64,000 nt of DNA from IMG/VR virus record IMGVR_UViG_3300033070_001454, positions 2,074-66,073 of that record. One strand, written 5' to 3'. Position 1 is the stretch's first letter; every line of letters begins with the position of its first letter. This DNA is from a virus. Lineage: Duplodnaviria > Caudoviricetes. The translations under genes and the position numbers were made by a program. The notes under the pieces were generated by a model, which was not told the origin of the DNA, searched no databases, and saw only the letters and a program-made list of their open reading frames with translations. Below are positions 18,729-28,289 of this stretch, in pieces.

Positions 18729-19381
18729 GCGACTTCATCCTCATCAACCCAATCATCCTCAAGGTCTTCCTCTACCGGAACGATTACACCGATAGGAAGA
18801 TACTCACGGAGCTCAAGAAGATGAATGCGGTCTATGTGGATCCGAAGTCCACAGGATCGTTCTACATCAAGCGTGATGAGATGAGCCATGTGGTCAGGTC
18901 GGTGTTCGCCAAGGACCTCATGATGCAAAGGCAATTGCCGGTCGAGAAGCTCTCTGCCTCCGCATCGACTCTCTATTTCCTGGACAGCCTCATCGAGCAG
19001 TACAAGCGGGTCAAGCACTTCCACGTCCTCGTCGTAGAGGACGAGCAGTTCACCCGACTTGACACCGACGGCGAGATCATGTTCGAGTTCAAGATCGACA
19101 TGTCCAAGATCGATCTGTCGACCGCCATCGAAGTCCAATACTTGGGCTATTTCAAATCGGCTTTCAAGTCGATTGGGGTGTACGACTACACCCAGCCGTA
19201 CTACAACCGAGCGCCGTACTTCGAGATCTACACCAGGGAATTGGTCTCGAAGCTGGAGAATTTTGCGGCCCAATTCCCAGATGGGTCTGACGAGAACACG
19301 AATCTCCGCAACATCCTGTCGTTCTTCACCAACAAGTTGCAGCAGGACAACTCCCAGTTGCTCATTATCATGGAGAGGTAG
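18725..19381 (+). CDS. Hypothetical protein
   Basis: ATG 18725 overlaps the upstream TGA; phage-typical codon usage. Confidence 0.65.
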   Translation: MSDFILINPIILKVFLYRNDYTDRKILTELKKMNAVYVDPKSTGSFYIKRDEMSHVVRSVFAKDLMMQRQLPVEKLSASASTLYFLDSLIEQYKRVKHFHVLVVEDEQFTRLDTDGEIMFEFKIDMSKIDLSTAIEVQYLGYFKSAFKSIGVYDYTQPYYNRAPYFEIYTRELVSKLENFAAQFPDGSDENTNLRNILSFFTNKLQQDNSQLLIIMER

Positions 19382-19401
19382 CCTGGAGCACCCAATGGGC
19401 C

Positions 19402-19409
19402 GATACATA
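19402..19409 (+). promoter_or_regulatory. Putative late promoter (GATACATA)
   Basis: ATANATA upstream of the TM-PAS, neck and terminase genes. Confidence 0.65.
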
Positions 19410-19425
19410 GTCCAAAACGGCTCCA

Positions 19426-20013
19426 TTGGACTTACAGACACTAGCGACAATCGTGTCGACTCTCGGAACCCTGGGATTCGGCGGATGGTTCCTCAAGTAC
19501 AAATCCGATTCTAGGAGAGCCAAGGCAGCTGACCACGAGTCGCTTCTAGCGGATCTCGTGAGGATGACGGATGAGAGGGAGAAGGAATGTGATCGGAAGC
19601 TGAAGGCCCACCAGGAGCAGATCGATGTTCTACGAGCCAGGGTCAACATCCTGAATTTTTCGACTTCCGCCTCTTCACTTCCACATTGGTGGAAGGGTAT
19701 CGATGGTAGGTACCTCGAAGTCGATCGAGCTTTCGAGGTTTCGATAGCCGCACCGCTGGGAAAGAGGCGCGAGGACATCATCGGCAAGCTTGATTCCGAG
19801 ATCTTCGGCCCTGAACTCTCGGCCGCCCTCATGGAGGCCGAGAGAAGGGCCCTCTTGAGCACGACCAAGGCCGATATCACTCATGGGATCCAATTCCATT
19901 CTGGGTTGCCAACATACACGATCCTCAAGGAAGTCCTGACGTTCGATCACCTCGGCGGCCGAGTCGGGTATTCTGGGATCGCATACCCACAGTCGGCCGA
20001 TGATCAGTCCTGA
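19426..20013 (+). CDS. Membrane-anchored coiled-coil plus PAS-like domain protein
   Basis: N-terminal hydrophobic helix, coiled coil, then LPHWWKGIDGRYLEVDRAFE...EDIIGKLDSEIFG (PAS_4-like). Confidence 0.6.
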   Translation: MDLQTLATIVSTLGTLGFGGWFLKYKSDSRRAKAADHESLLADLVRMTDEREKECDRKLKAHQEQIDVLRARVNILNFSTSASSLPHWWKGIDGRYLEVDRAFEVSIAAPLGKRREDIIGKLDSEIFGPELSAALMEAERRALLSTTKADITHGIQFHSGLPTYTILKEVLTFDHLGGRVGYSGIAYPQSADDQS

Positions 20014-21806
20014 TGCGATACACGCTCCAGATCACAGGAAAGAACACGACTAGGGAGCCAGGCGAGACCCTCCTGATCGAGTTCAACAGCGCACTAGTCG
20101 CTTCAGCTTCGATCACATCGATCGACGTATCGTACTCGCCGCATCCTCTGCCAGTCAACTCATGGCACAACCTCGACCTGAGGTGGTCACATGACAAGAT
20201 GTCGTGGTCGGCCTGGGAGCCTTACACTGTCAATGGAGTCACAGACGATGCGACCCTGGCCAAGGCCACCGCTTCTGGGAAAGCGATCTATGTCCAGCTC
20301 AAAGCGACTCGAGCCGGCGTCTCATTCGCCGAGGTCGAGCTGACATCGGTTTCCATCAACTACACCGCGAGCGCTCCTCCAGAAACTCCGTTGGAATCCC
20401 CATTCAACGATAGCAACTGCGTAGCATCTTCCTGTTCCACCACCAACTTTTGCAACGGCTGCACAATATCATGCGATCCGTCAGAAATGTTCATGCCATA
20501 CGCCCACCTTGGACCGGCGGTGGCCATGTACCAGAACATGAACTGTGTTGCAGCGGAGATCTATGGCCACTGTGGCCGATATTTCAGGGTTGAGCCGCTG
20601 CAGGACTCGGGCGATGCTGTCCTCAAGGAGTACTCGATCTTCGATGCGACCGACGTCAAGGACATCAAGTTCATGGTGCCCAACAACGAGTTCCCAGACA
20701 ACAAGTTCAACTACACCGAGTTGGACATGGACTTCATGCAGGATGGGCTTGAGATCCAGGTCATCCCACAACACTTCGAGCGCGCATTCGGCAAGGGCAA
20801 GATGCCACAAGAGAAGGACTTCATCTACATCCCGCTCCTTGATAGGCTCTTCGAAGTCAACTCGTCATACCTCTTCCGTGGGTTCATGGCTTCGCCTGCC
20901 TACTACAAGGTCATGCTCTTCAAGGCCGATAACAACGCCAATGTCCTGAAAGACAGGGCCAGGCCTGAGATCGGTGAGGCGTTCGACGAGATGACGACGG
21001 ACTTCGAGGAAGTCCTGAGAGAGGACTTGGACAAGGAGACCGAGCGTATCATCAAGCCACTCCAATACCGAGCGATCTCCATCGGTGGCAACGACCACGT
21101 CAGGTCAGCCATCAATGTCGATCTCCACATCGAGGAACAGGACATCTACAATTACTTCACGCTCCTTTCCAGGTACCACTACGACATGGCCAGCGTGCCA
21201 CACGACGAGCTCGGCGTTAGGTACAAGGCGAAGATCCCATCATCGACCAGGTCCGCGTTGACCTTCTGGATCCAGCCGAAGAAAAGCGCGCTCACTGAGC
21301 CGTTGGACAATGTGGTGACCAACGCGACTGGCGCCAGCGGCATGACGCTGAGCTTCACATACGGATCCACCGGTCCAACATCATCGCCTATCATCGCTCC
21401 CATCTCTTCGACTCTCACGATCGGTTCCACGTCGTTCACCTTTCCAAATCTCACGATGCTACCAAACGAATGGTATGGGTGTGTGTTGAACATGATGCCA
21501 GAGTTTGGGCAGGTGGAACTCTCCCTTTGGGCGATGAGGCCAAAGACCGAGAAATCGAACGAGCTCAGGTTGGTCTATGACCTCACGCTCGATTGTCCAG
21601 CAGACCTCGATGTCTCATCGACCGAACCAATCTCCCTTCCAGGATCGGATTGCAACATCACGAGCATCCGGCTTTGGAAGTCCAGCATCGAGGAAGAGAA
21701 GCAGCCGATACTCCTCAACCAGCACCTTATCACGGATTCACACATGACGATCATGGCAGACGATTGCGTTCCGCCACTGAGACTCCCGAAACAATACACG
21801 AGATGA
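20013..21806 (+). CDS. Neck protein (T4 gp14-like core with N- and C-terminal extensions)
   Basis: Central EIYG...YFRVEP...D.VL.E...FERAFG...PQEKDFIYIPL..RLFEVN...YKV.L pattern. Confidence 0.6.
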   Translation: MRYTLQITGKNTTREPGETLLIEFNSALVASASITSIDVSYSPHPLPVNSWHNLDLRWSHDKMSWSAWEPYTVNGVTDDATLAKATASGKAIYVQLKATRAGVSFAEVELTSVSINYTASAPPETPLESPFNDSNCVASSCSTTNFCNGCTISCDPSEMFMPYAHLGPAVAMYQNMNCVAAEIYGHCGRYFRVEPLQDSGDAVLKEYSIFDATDVKDIKFMVPNNEFPDNKFNYTELDMDFMQDGLEIQVIPQHFERAFGKGKMPQEKDFIYIPLLDRLFEVNSSYLFRGFMASPAYYKVMLFKADNNANVLKDRARPEIGEAFDEMTTDFEEVLREDLDKETERIIKPLQYRAISIGGNDHVRSAINVDLHIEEQDIYNYFTLLSRYHYDMASVPHDELGVRYKAKIPSSTRSALTFWIQPKKSALTEPLDNVVTNATGASGMTLSFTYGSTGPTSSPIIAPISSTLTIGSTSFTFPNLTMLPNEWYGCVLNMMPEFGQVELSLWAMRPKTEKSNELRLVYDLTLDCPADLDVSSTEPISLPGSDCNITSIRLWKSSIEEEKQPILLNQHLITDSHMTIMADDCVPPLRLPKQYTR

Positions 21807-22420
21807 TTGACGACACAAGAGGCTCGACTGCTTCAGACGAGATCGACGCTATCCTGAGGGATTCCGCCGAGCTCATCATGGCAATAGAGCCGACAGACAT
21901 TGCGACCGGCCCAACATCACAGGCCCTGTCACCGTTCCTCGAGATCAAACAAATGGACTATGATACGGAGCAGCAACGCGCCAGGAAGAGCGCGAAGAAG
22001 GCAATGGATTCGCTGCTCAAGTTCTATCTGAGCGAGGATGTCATCAACAAGAACGAGTACGCTAGGGCAAGGGCCAAACTCGCGGCCGAGGATCTGGGCG
22101 TCCTCATGTTCCAGCTCAAGCATTCCGAACAGACTATCCTCACGTTGGTGAAGACGATCCATGCTGGGAACGCGGCACCGAGGATGTATGAGGTGTTGGC
22201 CACCATGCAGAAGGCCATACTCGACAACATCAAGACGCAAGCCTTGACTCTGTTAGCGACCGAGGAGACCATGAAACGTATCAGGACAGAGAGCCAGTCG
22301 ATGCGTGAGATCGGCACGGTCTCGATCCAAGCGACCCAATCCAAGATGACCCGTGGCACGAGGGATCTGATGAAGGGCATCCAGGACGAGCTGTCAAAAG
22401 AAGAGGATTTCGATGTTTGA
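21803..22420 (+). CDS. Probable terminase small subunit (gp16-like)
   Basis: Immediately upstream of the large terminase; helical; PRMYEVLATM and C-terminal GTRDLM resemble gp16 motifs. Confidence 0.6.
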   Translation: MIDDTRGSTASDEIDAILRDSAELIMAIEPTDIATGPTSQALSPFLEIKQMDYDTEQQRARKSAKKAMDSLLKFYLSEDVINKNEYARARAKLAAEDLGVLMFQLKHSEQTILTLVKTIHAGNAAPRMYEVLATMQKAILDNIKTQALTLLATEETMKRIRTESQSMREIGTVSIQATQSKMTRGTRDLMKGIQDELSKEEDFDV

Positions 22421-24260
22421 TGACAGTAACACAGGGTCGAAGACTTCATTCGGCGATGAATCCGGCAGGGTCATTTGGACGACTAAGAAGGTCGAACAGG
22501 CGTTCAGGTCTTTCGAAGAGGGATATGAGCTGAAGGAGAGCCCGTTCTACGAGCGGAAGACCGATTACCGTAAGGGCAACCTGGTCTACGAGTACACCGA
22601 CGAGGAAATGGCGGAGATGAGGCGATGTGCCAAAGACATCGTCTACTTCGCCGACAAGTACTGCAAGGTGATGACCGACGAGGGGTACAAGAAGATCGAG
22701 CTTCGGGATTACCAGAAGGAGATCCTCCTCAACTACAAGAACCACCGGTTCAACATCCTGTTGGCCTCTAGGCAGATCGGAAAGACGATCACGACTGGCA
22801 TCTTCCTAGTCTGGTACATGCTCTTCAACTTCGATCGCAACGTCCTGCTCATGACTAACAAGGGCGAGACGACGATCGAGGTCATCGACAAGATCAAGGC
22901 GATAGTGGAGGGCTTGCCGTTCTTCCTCAAGCCAGGCATCCTGAAGCTGGATGTCTTCAAGATGAGGTTTGACAATGGGTGCAGGCTCATCGGCCAGAAC
23001 ACCACCAAGCGCGGCGGTATCGGTTTCACGATCCATCTCCTGTTCCTGGACGAGTTCGCCCACATCCACGAGAGCATCAAGGACGAGTTCTATGAGAACG
23101 TTTACCCTGTGCTATCGTCGTCTAAGGTCTCAAAGATTGTGATCACGAGCACCCCGAATGGGCTCGATAAGTTCCACGACATCTACATGGGGGCCGAAGA
23201 GGGCTCAAACGAATACCACTCTTACCGTGTCGACTGGTGGCAGGCGCCTGGCCACGATGAAGCATGGAAACAGCGCCAGATCGCTAACCTTGGCTCAGAG
23301 GAATCGTTCAACCAACAGTTCGGCAACCAGTTCCTCTCTTCGGATCGGTTGCTTCTCTCGAAGTCCGAGATCGAAAGGATCATGGCCGACACCAGGGAAT
23401 TCATCTTCCATGAGTTCGATGCATTGGACGACCTCCAGTTGGATTACACTGGCCTGAAGTGGGATCCTGAGTTCGACATAGACGAGCTGGATTCTTCCAA
23501 CTTCGTCGTGTCGGTAGACATAGCCGAAGGCATAGGCCGGGATTTCAGCGTCATCAACATCTTCAGGGTCCAGCCAATCGCCGACGAGGAAGTTGACAAG
23601 CTAGAATCCCCGGCCTCGATCTATGAGTTCTTCACTCTCGACCAGGTGGGCGTCTACAGGTCCAACAGGCAAGACCCAGATGACTTCGCGAAGATCCTGT
23701 ACACGATCCTGGTCAAGGTCCTGAATCAGGACAACACCCGATTGGTCATAGAGTACAACACCTATGGCAGGGAGCTCATCAAGAACTTGTTCACGATATA
23801 CCCATCGTCCAACCAGTTGGACGAGGAGATCATGGTGAAGTATCTGCATAGCGTATCATCAGTCAACAAGAAGGTTGGTGTCAGGTTGAACGTGGAGAAC
23901 AAGAAGGTGTTCTGTGAGAAAGCCAAACGAGCCGTTCGGGATGGAAGGCTCAGGATCCACGACAAGAACACGACAAATGAGTTCAAGATGTTCGGCAGGA
24001 TGAAGAACGGAACGTACTCCGCCCAAGGAGGACACGATGATCTCGTGATGACGTGCATCGAGGTGGTCACGTTCATGGACACCGCCGATTTCAGGGACAT
24101 TGCAGACGATCTCTTCGAGAGCATGGACACGGAGAAAAGGGATCGGATCATGAAGCGGGTTGACGAGTTCGACTTCAACTCCGAGGACAGTGCCCTTGGC
24201 ATGGACGATTTCTTCGATCCGAACTACAAACCGGATGGCGACGATTTCGGCATAGTCTGA
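22413..24260 (+). CDS. gp17: Terminase large subunit (T4 gp17-like)
   Basis: LRDYQ, ASRQIGKT, LFLDEFAH, ITSTPNG, FNQQF, VDIAEG.GRDFS, HDDLVM. Confidence 0.96.
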   Translation: MFDDSNTGSKTSFGDESGRVIWTTKKVEQAFRSFEEGYELKESPFYERKTDYRKGNLVYEYTDEEMAEMRRCAKDIVYFADKYCKVMTDEGYKKIELRDYQKEILLNYKNHRFNILLASRQIGKTITTGIFLVWYMLFNFDRNVLLMTNKGETTIEVIDKIKAIVEGLPFFLKPGILKLDVFKMRFDNGCRLIGQNTTKRGGIGFTIHLLFLDEFAHIHESIKDEFYENVYPVLSSSKVSKIVITSTPNGLDKFHDIYMGAEEGSNEYHSYRVDWWQAPGHDEAWKQRQIANLGSEESFNQQFGNQFLSSDRLLLSKSEIERIMADTREFIFHEFDALDDLQLDYTGLKWDPEFDIDELDSSNFVVSVDIAEGIGRDFSVINIFRVQPIADEEVDKLESPASIYEFFTLDQVGVYRSNRQDPDDFAKILYTILVKVLNQDNTRLVIEYNTYGRELIKNLFTIYPSSNQLDEEIMVKYLHSVSSVNKKVGVRLNVENKKVFCEKAKRAVRDGRLRIHDKNTTNEFKMFGRMKNGTYSAQGGHDDLVMTCIEVVTFMDTADFRDIADDLFESMDTEKRDRIMKRVDEFDFNSEDSALGMDDFFDPNYKPDGDDFGIV

Positions 24261-24280
24261 TCCGGTGTTCGGCCCGGAGA

Positions 24281-24288
24281 GATACATA
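24281..24288 (+). promoter_or_regulatory. Putative late promoter (GATACATA)
   Basis: Intergenic, 20 nt before the sheath ATG. Confidence 0.7.
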
Positions 24289-24308
24289 CGCCAAAATAGT
24301 GGCACTTC

Positions 24309-27300
24309 ATGGCAATCTCCCCTAGCCTGGCAAAGTTCGTTTCGAGCGGCGTGTACAGGCTCGTTATCGATCGCAGCCAGGTCATCAATAACATTTCCCA
24401 GACCCTCAGGCTGATCATCGGGTTCTCCAAGAAAGGGCCTTTCAACACCCCAGTCTTCGTCCAGGATTCGGTATTCTTCCGAGCCATCTTCGGCGACGTC
24501 GACACCCAACTCGAGCGCAAGGGCTCGTTCTTCCACAGGTCGGTATTGACCTGCCTGGAGCGTGGGCCAGTGGTCGTATTGAACCTCCTGAACCTCGATG
24601 ATGACCAGGACACGGCGGACTTCAGGTCCATCTCGACTGCGACGTGGCAAGCGAACTCCGCTCGCGTCAACACCGCAGTATCGAGCTTCTTCAACAAAGA
24701 CAAGTTCTGGTTCTCAGATCCGAAGGCCCTGATCTCCACGGCCACTGACACCGATGTCCAGAGCGCGGCCGCTAACCGGTTGCTGAATGTCGCCAACGTC
24801 GGCCGCAAGACCATCTCGGTGATCACCAAGAAGTCCGACATCCTCGGCTTCGATGCGATCGCGAAGGATTACTTCGGTGCAGGACAGGTTCCAGAGTTCA
24901 TGCGGGACAACGACTACATCTACGATTTCCTCGTGGACGTGATCGTCGTCGAAGGAGACTTCTCCGACTACATCGCGCTCTCGCTTGACCCAGTGTTCGG
25001 TCCATTCTTCGATTCGACCGGACTCAAGAAGACGTACGTTGACCAGTTCGGATTCACCCGCGATGGCCTCGACGCCTTCCTTTCGCTCGAGAACGTCAAC
25101 GTCCTTGGCGTTTACACCGGAGCCCTGATCCCTGACTTCATCACGAAGACGAACGAGCAGCTCTACATCGAAGACATCGTCAACCGCGAGACTTCGAAGA
25201 CTGGACTTCTGCTCTCCGTCGACCGTCAGGTGTTCGACGACGCTCCAGAGACGATCTCCGGTGACAGGCTCGACCTCGTCGGCCACACGCTCGAATCTGA
25301 GCAGCCAGGGATCCTCGATTTCATGTCGTACTACGGCACGATCTCTGGCACGGCTGGCTTCACTGGTTCAACCGGCATCACAAGCCTCATCGTTGGCGCA
25401 ACTGCAGGTCTCTCCGGAGCCCAAGCTCTCCTGAGCGCCTCTACTGCGCTGCAAGCTGCAGCCGGTTGGACGGTCGGCCGCTATGACACGATGACAATCT
25501 ATGGCCCGTCGGCTTCCCTGCCTTCTGGCTACGTCTCCGCCTTCGCCACCCCGGCCCTCATGTCAGCGTTCGTCGCAGACATCTCGACCTCGACCTCATT
25601 CGTCAAGGTCGGTGCCTCGGCTACGACAGGCGCATCCGCTAACTTCTCCAACGTCAACTCGGCGGTCTACTCCGCAGCGGCTGACACCTTGACCATCAAG
25701 GTCGCGTACCTCGTCGATCCTGCTGAAGGTGTGACTGGCCCAACGGCCAACGTCAACGGCTTCATGCATATCCTTGCGACCGGTGCAACGCCGAACGGCG
25801 GTACCGCATCGGTTCCGATCATCAAGGACATCGACTTCGTCTTCGCAGCTGGCGGTTGGATCTACGCTGGTAAGGACAGCACACTCTACCAACAGAACCT
25901 CGACGGCACGCTGACGGACGGTGATGGTGTGATCGTGAGCGGTGCTTCATACGGTTACGCACAGTTCAACCGTGTGCAGACCCATGACTTCTCTGGAGCG
26001 ACCTTCTCCGGTGTCGCAGCCTTCGGCGCAGAGACGCCGATCTTCACACAGAAGAAGAACTACGCTACGGTCAGGGCCTACGACAACAACGATTTCACCG
26101 GCGCAACTTCCATCGCGGTAGCATCGTCCTACATCTTCAGGACCTTCTCCGGGGATCTCAACGAGTCCTTCGAGGTATGGGGCGGCACATCGTACCCAAC
26201 TCCGACGAACACTGTCTACTTCGACAACGGTTCGACCGGTCCTCTTGGATTGGATGGGTTCACGGGCCAGATCCGCAAGGGCCAAGGCCTGGTGATGAAC
26301 TTCGGCGGAACCGGTGGAGCAACGACCATCGATCCTCTGACGGGCAAGAGCCGCCTGACCAAGATCGTCTCCGTGACGGAGATCGTCGACCCAACTTCCG
26401 CCCTCTACAAGAAGGTGAAAGTCGTGACTGTCGATCCGATCTACATCAGCGGATCCAATGAGGTCGAGCGCTACAAGCGGGTCATCGACTTCGTGGAGCA
26501 CTACCGCTTCCATGTCCTTCGCGGTTACACGCTCAGGACCGAACAGATGCCGGACGGCACGGCCACCAGGGAGAACGAGATCCTCCAGGTCCTGTACGAC
26601 ACGGGCATCGCTGACGCCCTGTACGACAAGGAAGTTGTGCAGTTCAGGTACCTCGTCGATTCCTTCCAAGGAACCATCGAGCCAGGCTCCAAGGTCCGCC
26701 TCGCTAGGTTGGCAATGAACCGCCAGAACGTGTTCGCGATCGCAAACATGCCATCGGTGGAGCAGTTCCGCGAGAGCACCAACCCGCTCTTCAAGTTCGA
26801 CACGAGCTCAGGCTTCGAAGCCCGCTACGTGAAGGACGGCGGTAACCTCGACCTAAACCCAACGAACACGTTCAGCCTCCCAGGCATCAACGACGGTTCC
26901 AACTTCATCGGATTCTACGGGCCTAACCTCCTGGTCCGTGACGGTGGAAAGAACATCTCGATGCCACCAGCGGCACACGTGTCGAATCTGTTCATCGACA
27001 AGTACAACCTCGCCCTGCCATACGCGATCGTCGCCGGCCCAAGGCGTGGTGTGATCGGCGGCGTCGGGGTCGCTGGTGTCGAATACAACTTCGACCGCAC
27101 CGACCTCGACTACATCGAGCCGTTCGGTTACAACTCGATCCTCAACAAGCGTGGGTTCGGCCTGGTCATCAACTCGAACCAGACCGCACAGCAGAACGTG
27201 CTCTCGGCCCTCAGCCAGATCCACGTCCGTGAGCTGGTGATCTACATCCAGGAAGGTATCGAGGCGATCCTCAAGAACTACGTGTGGGAGTTCAACACCC

Positions 27301-27539
27301 CGCAGGTCAGGCTCGAGATCAAGACCCTGGCTGATGGCTTCATGAAAGGCGTCCTCGCCGATCAAGGTGTCTACGACTACCAGAACGTGATGGACAGCTC
27401 CAACAACACCGACGAGGTGATCCAAGGTGACACTGCCATCCTCGATACCTACATCGAGCCGGTACGAGGCATGGGCAAGATCATCCACAGGACCATCCTT
27501 CTCAAGAAAGGAACCATCAAAACTGGGAATTTTCTCTAA
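24309..27539 (+). CDS. gp18: Tail sheath protein (gp18-like) with a large Ala/Gly/Ser/Thr-rich insertion
   Basis: SSGVYRL..D.S, GFSKKGPFNTP, MPPAAHVS, VAGPRRG, QTAQ..VLSALSQIHVREL, FNTP..RLEI, IEPVRGM.KI. Confidence 0.93.
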   Translation: MAISPSLAKFVSSGVYRLVIDRSQVINNISQTLRLIIGFSKKGPFNTPVFVQDSVFFRAIFGDVDTQLERKGSFFHRSVLTCLERGPVVVLNLLNLDDDQDTADFRSISTATWQANSARVNTAVSSFFNKDKFWFSDPKALISTATDTDVQSAAANRLLNVANVGRKTISVITKKSDILGFDAIAKDYFGAGQVPEFMRDNDYIYDFLVDVIVVEGDFSDYIALSLDPVFGPFFDSTGLKKTYVDQFGFTRDGLDAFLSLENVNVLGVYTGALIPDFITKTNEQLYIEDIVNRETSKTGLLLSVDRQVFDDAPETISGDRLDLVGHTLESEQPGILDFMSYYGTISGTAGFTGSTGITSLIVGATAGLSGAQALLSASTALQAAAGWTVGRYDTMTIYGPSASLPSGYVSAFATPALMSAFVADISTSTSFVKVGASATTGASANFSNVNSAVYSAAADTLTIKVAYLVDPAEGVTGPTANVNGFMHILATGATPNGGTASVPIIKDIDFVFAAGGWIYAGKDSTLYQQNLDGTLTDGDGVIVSGASYGYAQFNRVQTHDFSGATFSGVAAFGAETPIFTQKKNYATVRAYDNNDFTGATSIAVASSYIFRTFSGDLNESFEVWGGTSYPTPTNTVYFDNGSTGPLGLDGFTGQIRKGQGLVMNFGGTGGATTIDPLTGKSRLTKIVSVTEIVDPTSALYKKVKVVTVDPIYISGSNEVERYKRVIDFVEHYRFHVLRGYTLRTEQMPDGTATRENEILQVLYDTGIADALYDKEVVQFRYLVDSFQGTIEPGSKVRLARLAMNRQNVFAIANMPSVEQFRESTNPLFKFDTSSGFEARYVKDGGNLDLNPTNTFSLPGINDGSNFIGFYGPNLLVRDGGKNISMPPAAHVSNLFIDKYNLALPYAIVAGPRRGVIGGVGVAGVEYNFDRTDLDYIEPFGYNSILNKRGFGLVINSNQTAQQNVLSALSQIHVRELVIYIQEGIEAILKNYVWEFNTPQVRLEIKTLADGFMKGVLADQGVYDYQNVMDSSNNTDEVIQGDTAILDTYIEPVRGMGKIIHRTILLKKGTIKTGNFL

Positions 27540-27563
27540 CTGATTGATTAACAACCAGCTTCA

Positions 27564-27806
27564 GTGGCAAGATGCGAAAATGACCGGTGTGTCTATCTCC
27601 ATGTTCATCATCGAGATGGATACCCGGTCATATTCTACGTAGGCAAAGGCAATTTTCATCGAGCCCACTCAGAATTCTGGAAGGGCAAACCCAAATCCGA
27701 ACAGACCAGGGCGAAGATGCGCAAGCCACACTCCATCGAGCACATCGCGAACCGAGTCGCCGCAAGGAAGAGAAACAAGGAAACGAGATTGGCGCTCGTT
27801 TCGTAA
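27564..27806 (+). pseudogene. Internally deleted GIY-YIG homing endonuclease remnant
   Basis: VYLHVHHRDGYPVIFYVGKG is close to the 5071 gene, then jumps directly to a NUMOD3-like KGKPKSEQTRAKM. Confidence 0.7.
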
Positions 27807-27818
27807 GAAACCAATGCA

Positions 27819-28289
27819 ATGGGAAACCGATTAGAGCCAGGCATCAACCACAGCTATCGCGGGATGGAATTCCGTACCGGCGATCTCGTCATCACACCAG
27901 ACGGCGAGGAAGGCGTGGTGCACCAATCGAGCCAATACGAGCACATCGATCCACACAATCCCGATAGCCCATACCACATGGTCTACCGAGTGAAAGTGGC
28001 CACTGGCCCAGGCCAAGTCCACATCTCCGAAGTCATCGGCGAGGGCAGACTCAAGGCCTTCGATTGGAAGACCTTCAGGTGGTACCGGAACCCAGAATCC
28101 ACCCACATGAGCGTCGGCAAGACGCGGGGCTGGATGGCCATCCTGATCCACATCTTCTCTCTCATCATCTTCGGGTGTGGCTTCACAGTCGTTGGTCCAT
28201 GGAAGATCGCTCCGTTCGTCCTTGGAGCTGGCACCATCGGCCTCTTCTGGCTCGGCACGTGGAAGAACTTCAAGAAGCAATGGGTATGA
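27819..28289 (+). CDS. Hypothetical protein with C-terminal hydrophobic helices
   Basis: Beta-rich N-terminus; two hydrophobic segments at the C-terminus. Confidence 0.6.
   Translation: MGNRLEPGINHSYRGMEFRTGDLVITPDGEEGVVHQSSQYEHIDPHNPDSPYHMVYRVKVATGPGQVHISEVIGEGRLKAFDWKTFRWYRNPESTHMSVGKTRGWMAILIHIFSLIIFGCGFTVVGPWKIAPFVLGAGTIGLFWLGTWKNFKKQWV

Noticed and set aside
28064-28285. ORF-track upstream starts (also 3818, 11384, 18584, 21593, 30999, 34902, 37530, 41248, 49210, 50479, 58350)
   Set aside because: They overlap neighbouring genes or promoter motifs; downstream starts with ATGA overlaps or nearby promoters fit better
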